In this document: positions 27,319 to 32,000 of the stretch, piece after piece | Position numbering within the stretch: the stretch's first letter is position 1 | How the letters are laid out: each line of letters opens with the position of its first letter | Source of the DNA: Wolbachia endosymbiont of Litomosoides sigmodontis | GTDB lineage: Bacteria > Pseudomonadota > Alphaproteobacteria > Rickettsiales > Anaplasmataceae | Direction of reading: 5' to 3' | NCBI RefSeq assembly: GCF_013365435.1 | Contig: NZ_CP046577.1 | Location: 450,001-482,000 of the forward strand | DNA length: 32,000 nucleotides | Program-made: the position numbers and the translations under genes | Notes under the pieces: model-generated | Told to the model about the DNA's origin: nothing | The model's database searches: none | Seen by the model: the letters and a program-made list of their open reading frames with translations, nothing else

Positions 27319-30300
27319 TTAAAAGTTAGATTGAATAGTTAAATCTTCCATCCAAATAACTATGCACTCTACCTGCTTGTTTGGGCATACCTCTTGTACT
27401 AAGGTTTTGTAAATTAACATCTGCTTTTTTACTTCATTTAATGAGGAAGCGGAAACTTTACGGTGTGATTTATAGTCAATTATGATTGCTCTATCCTGCG
27501 TTATGCATAGCCTATCCAGTCGTACTAATATTGGTTCTCCATTGATTGTTCCACTTAGTGTAATTTCTGATTTGCCATCTAAGTCAAACAGGTAATCATA
27601 TTTTACATTGAAGGCTAATATTTTTCTGTAAATTTCATCCTTGTCTTCTCTGGTGTTTATATTTTCAAGATATTTTCTTATCCAATTTTTTCTCCTGTCT
27701 TTCTCTATTTTAGGCATATACTGTAATATGCTATGAATTATTGAGCCTCTTGTGTAACCGTTTGTTATCCAGGTGCCTCTTTTTTTGTCGGTCAGGTGCA
27801 TGATATTTAGATCTAATGAAGAAAAAGGATGAATCACAGTGTTGAAACTCTGGGATGATAGAGGAGGAAGATGCTGGAACGACGTTAATAAATTTGGTGT
27901 GGGGAAAACAACAGGGACGTTAGAATAATCACGTTTTTTACGGATATAAGGATAGTTTGCATTTATACATAGTACTTCAACCTTTTCTTTAAATGTTTGG
28001 TGTAAATCTGCATATTTCTTCTCATATGGCTCTCCATATTTAGTGATTAGGTCATACCAAGACCCTTTTTGTACTGGCTCTTTACCTAAAATGTATAACT
28101 CATCTTCAGCACGTGTGAGCGCCACGTATAACAAGCGCAAATACTCACTATAGTCCTCCAGCTTTTTTTCTCTTTTTGCTTGATCACAATAAGAGTTGTT
28201 GTTCTTTCTACACAAAAATGGTGCTCCCATTGCGTCAAAAATAATGCTTTCATTGTTTTTTGGCACTGTATTTGTATCAATCAAAAATACTATGGGAGCT
28301 TGCAGGCCTTTTGATTTGTGAATTGTCATTATTTGTACAGCATTGCGTTCTGATTGCATATCATTCTTAACCTCTGGATTATTTTCTTTGATCCACTGAG
28401 CAAACGCTTGAAGAGATGGGTTTTCAAATTGCAACACAAGGTTCATAAATTCGTCTAGGACCTCGAAGCATTCAGGACCTAATCTTGCAGCAAATTTCTT
28501 CTTACTTGTGCAAAGTATATGTGTAAATAACGCAAGAGGTGATTCCATGTGAGACAAGTTAATGAGATCGTTTAATTCGTTATAGATATTTTTAGAATAA
28601 TTCTGAAGTCTTTCCCATAAAGATTGTTCTTTACGATCATATGCAATGTTAAATAAATCATCTTCAGTGAAATTAAATAATGGCGATTTTAAAACATTTG
28701 CAAGAGCTAAATCATTTGTTGGAAGAAGTAAAAATTCAGTCAAAGCTATCAAGTCCTGCACAGCTATGTAGTCCATAATTCTAAAATAGCCGAGTCTTAC
28801 AACTGGTATGTTTGCTTTTTTAAGTTCGCTTGTTACATAATCAACTAGTACATTTTGCTGTCGTACTAGGATCATAATGTCTCTTGGTTCTATATGGCGA
28901 TCTTTAGCGACTAAAATTCGTCCCTCATTTAACCAGTTATGGATTTTGTGAGCTATTGCCTGAGCAAGCAATCGATCTATTATTATGTAATCTTTCTTGT
29001 GCATCAAATGAATTTGTAAAGCTTGTTGTTCTTCCTCTTTGCACTTTGGTAACAACGGCCAGATTTCAATATATCCTTGATCGTTTTCTCTGTATGGAAC
29101 ATGTTTTATTTCACTGTTAACAAAAGATATTTCTTCACGGAAATTATTAAATAATCTATCCACAAGTGTTAAAATTTCTGGAGTTGAGCGAAATGATTTT
29201 TCAAGCTGATATGATATCCAATCTCTATCACCATTTTTTATGTGAAAGTATTGTTGCATGTGGTTGAATAGATGAGGATTTGCCCCCTGAAATCTGTAAA
29301 TGGATTGTTTTATATCGCCAACAACAAATAAGGTTCGTTTTTCGTCATTACAGACAAAAAATTTATCACAAAGACTTGCTATAATTTTCCATTGACTGGT
29401 GCTATTATCCTGTGCCTCATCAACAAGAATGTGATCTATTTTTTGATCTAAGTTAAACAATACCCGATATTTATAATCTGGGTTGCTGAGAAGATTTGTT
29501 GCTAAATCAATTATATCATTATAGTCAAGCAGTGCATTCTTTAGCTTTTCACTATTATATAAATTAATATATACTTTAAATATATCTAGTAAACTACTAG
29601 TTCTTTTGAAGATTTGATAAGAGTTTATGTTTCTTATATGAGTAAATACTGCATTCTGAATATTTTCTATTATTTGCTTTGCACCCGGAAATTTCTCCAA
29701 AGTACTCTTTGTTATAATGGATGATATACTTTTTCTTTCGTGGGATTCTGATTTTAAAAATACTTTGACTAGGTTTTCTGTTTGAATGACAGAGGAAGAT
29801 GTAAAATCAAGCATCTTGCTGTAGCTCTGATCTCGTTTACTGCCTTTACTTAATATTTCAGCTAATCTTTCTATTTGCTTAGTCACTTCACTCCGCAGAC
29901 TACGGATTTCATCTGGAGCACTCAATTTACCTTTAATATATTCTAGATCATTTATTGATACCGACCTTTTTATGCATAAAGTATAAAGTAAATCGCGTAA
30001 CTCGTTTTCATCAACTTCAGCTGCAATAAAGTTTATGCTATCTTGTATATCTTTATTGTGAAGTAATTTATCAAATACAATGGAGTGTAATCCCTTGCAT
30101 TCGCTCAGCGCACAATTTGGGACAATGCCAGCTTCTACAGGGAAGCTAGAAATTAATTTATAACAAAAGGCATGTATAGTCTGTATAGTTAAGCCAAAAT
30201 TTTCCAATTCAGAGAAAATCCTTCTTGCTTGGATTAAATAATGATTTAATACTTCACTATTTTTTGTCTGCAGTAATTTAGATTCCAGTGTTGAGCACTG

Positions 30301-30597
30301 GGATGGCAAATAAGGCTGAGATGACGTGTAGTGGTGGAGCGATAGTAAAGAGGGATCTAACTGTTCTAGAGACGCGATTAGTTCGCTATCAGAACAAATT
30401 GCCCACTTACTAAGCATACTGTGAATGCGACTTTCCATCTCATTTGCTGCAGCATTGGTAAATGTTAAACAGAAAATATTCCTTTTATTTTCTAATAAAA
30501 GTCTCAATACTCTATCTATTAAGATTTTTGTTTTGCCTGTGCCAGCTGATGCATTTACCCATGCAGAGAAATTAGGATTTATGGTATCTGATCTCAT
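27319..30597 (-). CDS. addA: Double-strand break repair helicase-nuclease AddA (UvrD/Rep-type helicase with C-terminal PD-(D/E)XK nuclease)
   Basis: 1092-aa ORF. The helicase motifs present are ASAGTGKT (I), TFTNAAANEM (Ia), LVDEAQDNS (II), VGDIKQSIYRFQGA (III), TIHKSKGLQAP (V) and YVALTRAEDELYI (VI). The C-terminal RecB-like nuclease motif is LVRLDRLCITQDRAIIIDYKS. Confidence 0.85.
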   Translation of the reverse strand: MRSDTINPNFSAWVNASAGTGKTKILIDRVLRLLLENKRNIFCLTFTNAAANEMESRIHSMLSKWAICSDSELIASLEQLDPSLLSLHHYTSSQPYLPSQCSTLESKLLQTKNSEVLNHYLIQARRIFSELENFGLTIQTIHAFCYKLISSFPVEAGIVPNCALSECKGLHSIVFDKLLHNKDIQDSINFIAAEVDENELRDLLYTLCIKRSVSINDLEYIKGKLSAPDEIRSLRSEVTKQIERLAEILSKGSKRDQSYSKMLDFTSSSVIQTENLVKVFLKSESHERKSISSIITKSTLEKFPGAKQIIENIQNAVFTHIRNINSYQIFKRTSSLLDIFKVYINLYNSEKLKNALLDYNDIIDLATNLLSNPDYKYRVLFNLDQKIDHILVDEAQDNSTSQWKIIASLCDKFFVCNDEKRTLFVVGDIKQSIYRFQGANPHLFNHMQQYFHIKNGDRDWISYQLEKSFRSTPEILTLVDRLFNNFREEISFVNSEIKHVPYRENDQGYIEIWPLLPKCKEEEQQALQIHLMHKKDYIIIDRLLAQAIAHKIHNWLNEGRILVAKDRHIEPRDIMILVRQQNVLVDYVTSELKKANIPVVRLGYFRIMDYIAVQDLIALTEFLLLPTNDLALANVLKSPLFNFTEDDLFNIAYDRKEQSLWERLQNYSKNIYNELNDLINLSHMESPLALFTHILCTSKKKFAARLGPECFEVLDEFMNLVLQFENPSLQAFAQWIKENNPEVKNDMQSERNAVQIMTIHKSKGLQAPIVFLIDTNTVPKNNESIIFDAMGAPFLCRKNNNSYCDQAKREKKLEDYSEYLRLLYVALTRAEDELYILGKEPVQKGSWYDLITKYGEPYEKKYADLHQTFKEKVEVLCINANYPYIRKKRDYSNVPVVFPTPNLLTSFQHLPPLSSQSFNTVIHPFSSLDLNIMHLTDKKRGTWITNGYTRGSIIHSILQYMPKIEKDRRKNWIRKYLENINTREDKDEIYRKILAFNVKYDYLFDLDGKSEITLSGTINGEPILVRLDRLCITQDRAIIIDYKSHRKVSASSLNEVKKQMLIYKTLVQEVCPNKQVECIVIWMEDLTIQSNF
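30268..30366 (-). repeat. Putative in-frame palindromic-repeat insertion within addA
   Basis: The locally GC-richer segment encodes SLEQLDPSLLSLHHYTSSQPYLPSQCSTLESKLLQ. The hairpin core on the plus strand at 30282-30304 is attccagtgttgagcactgggat, a 9-bp stem with one G.U pair. The boundaries are inferred, not measured. Confidence 0.4.
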
Positions 30598-30621
30598 CAG
30601 AAGTATGAAAACCTTAAAAAG

Positions 30622-30654
30622 TTGACTAAAATAGCATTATACATATAGTATAAT
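30622..30654 (+). promoter_or_regulatory. Candidate promoter for ispE in the addA/ispE divergent spacer
   Basis: TTGACT (30622-30627) followed by TAGTAT at 18-nt spacing, with an overlapping TATAAT at 30649-30654 at 21-nt spacing. The ispE ATG is at 30678. Confidence 0.25.
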
Positions 30655-30677
30655 AAGGTGTTAGTGAAGATATATAA

Positions 30678-31544
30678 ATGAAAAGTTTTTGTGTAAAAGC
30701 TCCTGCAAAGATCAACCTTTTTTTGCATGTTATAGAAAAAAAAGAAACAGGGTATCACTTGATTGAAGGTTTATTTGTCTTCGCTAATCTTTCCAATTTC
30801 TTAGAAATAAAAGTAGGTGAAAAGAATTTTAGGTATGATAATACTATAGTTGAATTTGTAAATTCTGAACTAAAAATAAACAATAAGTACAATACCATAA
30901 TGAGAGCAGTTGATCTATTACTTAGACATGCTCCTGTACGTACTAAAGTTACTGTAAAGGTTGTAAAAAACATACCGACTGCTGCAGGTTTGGGTAGTGG
31001 TTCTTCAGATGCTGGAGCTGTGATACGTACGCTAGGAAAATTATGGAAAATTGACAGAACAATCCTAAATGAAATAGCTTTAAGTGTTGGTGCTGATGTT
31101 CCTGCAAGTATAGATAGTAAGCCAGTTTTGGTTAGGGGTATTGGTGAAAAAATATGCTATATTAAAAAATTCTCCCTACCTACAAATATAGTACTTGCAA
31201 AACCGAAAAAAAAGTTTTTGAGCACGCCAGAGGTATTTTCTAAATATGAAGGGAACTTTTCTAAGCCAATTAAGTGGAGAGGTGATACTGAGAAAGATTT
31301 ATTAAAACTCCTTAAAGAGACAGAAAACGATCTTCAAGAAATAGCAATAAGTCTTGTCCCTGAAATTAAAGATGTGATATTAGCATTAGAGTCGCAAGAA
31401 GGTTCCATACTTTCTCGCATGTCAGGTAGTGGTGTAACATGCTTTGGAATATTTGATAGTGAAAAAAATGCAAAAACTGCCGCAACTAATCTCAGAGAAA
31501 AGCAGCCAGAATGGTGGGTATGTGACACTCAATTAATAGTTTAA
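30678..31544 (+). CDS. ispE: 4-diphosphocytidyl-2-C-methyl-D-erythritol kinase (MEP pathway)
   Basis: 288-aa ORF with N-terminal KAPAKINLFLHV, the GHMP kinase motif IPTAAGLGSGSSDAGAV, and SGSGVTCFGIF near the C-terminus. Confidence 0.93.
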   Translation: MKSFCVKAPAKINLFLHVIEKKETGYHLIEGLFVFANLSNFLEIKVGEKNFRYDNTIVEFVNSELKINNKYNTIMRAVDLLLRHAPVRTKVTVKVVKNIPTAAGLGSGSSDAGAVIRTLGKLWKIDRTILNEIALSVGADVPASIDSKPVLVRGIGEKICYIKKFSLPTNIVLAKPKKKFLSTPEVFSKYEGNFSKPIKWRGDTEKDLLKLLKETENDLQEIAISLVPEIKDVILALESQEGSILSRMSGSGVTCFGIFDSEKNAKTAATNLREKQPEWWVCDTQLIV

Positions 31545-31548
31545 TTTT

Positions 31549-31914
31549 ATGGATATAATTCCTTTAATTTCTAAGAGAAAAAACTTCATAAATGGTTACA
31601 GTGAAGGGAAATTTTTAGTAAATAATCAAGAATATCATGGCTCAATTATAGTTTTTCCTGAAATGGTGATTAAGTTAAAAGAAAGTGATATAAATAGTAA
31701 GGAACACTTTAATTTTTTTTTAACAGAGGAAATAGAAGTTTTGTTGATAGGTACTGGCAAAACACGAAATGTACCACATTCTTCAGTGAAGTCCTACCTT
31801 ATGGAACAAAAAGGTTTAAATTTTGAATTTATGACAACTGACGCAGCATGCAGAACTTATAATGTTTTAATATCCGAAGACAGGTTTGTTGTTACTTATC
31901 TAAAGATAATATAG
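31549..31914 (+). CDS. DUF498 / Mth938-like domain protein (NDUFAF3-like)
   Basis: 121-aa ORF starting 4 nt after ispE. VLLIGTGKTRNVPHSSVKSYLMEQKGLNFEFMTTDAACRTYNVLISEDRFVVTYL matches the conserved core of the Mth938/DUF498 family as I recall it. Confidence 0.7.
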   Translation: MDIIPLISKRKNFINGYSEGKFLVNNQEYHGSIIVFPEMVIKLKESDINSKEHFNFFLTEEIEVLLIGTGKTRNVPHSSVKSYLMEQKGLNFEFMTTDAACRTYNVLISEDRFVVTYLKII

Positions 31915-31915
31915 T

Positions 31916-32000
31916 ATGTTAGTAATATTTACGCAGGATTTTTTCATCAATAGTCTAATTGCGATAGTAATAATTAGCCTAGTAACAGGTGCCTTAGGAT
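31916..32000 (+). CDS. Start of a polytopic membrane protein, possibly an ABC-3 (ZnuB/MntB-type) metal permease (runs off the right edge)
   Basis: An ATG 1 nt after the preceding stop. MLVIFTQDFFINSLIAIVIISLVTGALG resembles ABC-3 permease N-termini. Only 28 codons are visible. Confidence 0.35.
   Translation, partial: MLVIFTQDFFINSLIAIVIISLVTGALG

Noticed and set aside
1-32000. A search by eye for tRNA, rRNA, tmRNA, CRISPR arrays, tandem repeats, prophage or WO-like modules, toxin-antitoxin pairs and defence islands.
   Set aside because: I found no cloverleaf-compatible GC-rich segments (no GTTCGAATC-type T-arms), no regularly spaced direct repeats and no phage structural or defence-type domains. 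A proper tRNAscan/Infernal run would still be needed to exclude small RNAs.

Overview
This is a strongly AT-rich window with the gene content and layout of a reduced obligate intracellular alphaproteobacterium. It fits Anaplasmataceae, because pyrE, dapB, ispE, tkt, glpX and gap are all retained. Wolbachia is the most likely genus, given the heavy load of IS relics and a Wolbachia-type palindromic repeat; this is inference, since no database search was possible.

I can support 22 coding regions. In order they are: rpsD (partial at the left edge), tkt, secD, pyrE, coxB-coxA-ctaB, a possible 35-aa microprotein coupled to ctaB, rnhA, a 983-aa YhdP/AsmA-like envelope protein, gap, tatC, dapB, pstB, a CCA-adding/poly(A) polymerase family enzyme, ychF, a 355-aa orphan ORF, glpX, addA, ispE, a DUF498/Mth938-like protein, and the start of a membrane permease at the right edge. 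I found no tRNA, rRNA, CRISPR array, prophage module or recognisable defence or toxin system.

About 8.6 kb (27 percent, from the feature coordinates) carries no intact gene. Most of that space holds at least eight decayed copies of one IS630/Tc1-mariner-family element, a multiply frameshifted pseudogene, and unassignable debris.

The observations most worth follow-up are:
- an apparently in-frame palindromic-repeat insertion inside addA;
- a roughly 96 percent identical inverted duplication of IS-relic sequence next to pyrE;
- a 24-bp-stem palindrome upstream of the cox operon;
- the intact 355-aa orphan ORF;
- the unannotated microprotein after ctaB.

I see no convincing multi-gene novel system. 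The candidates above are single loci or structural elements.
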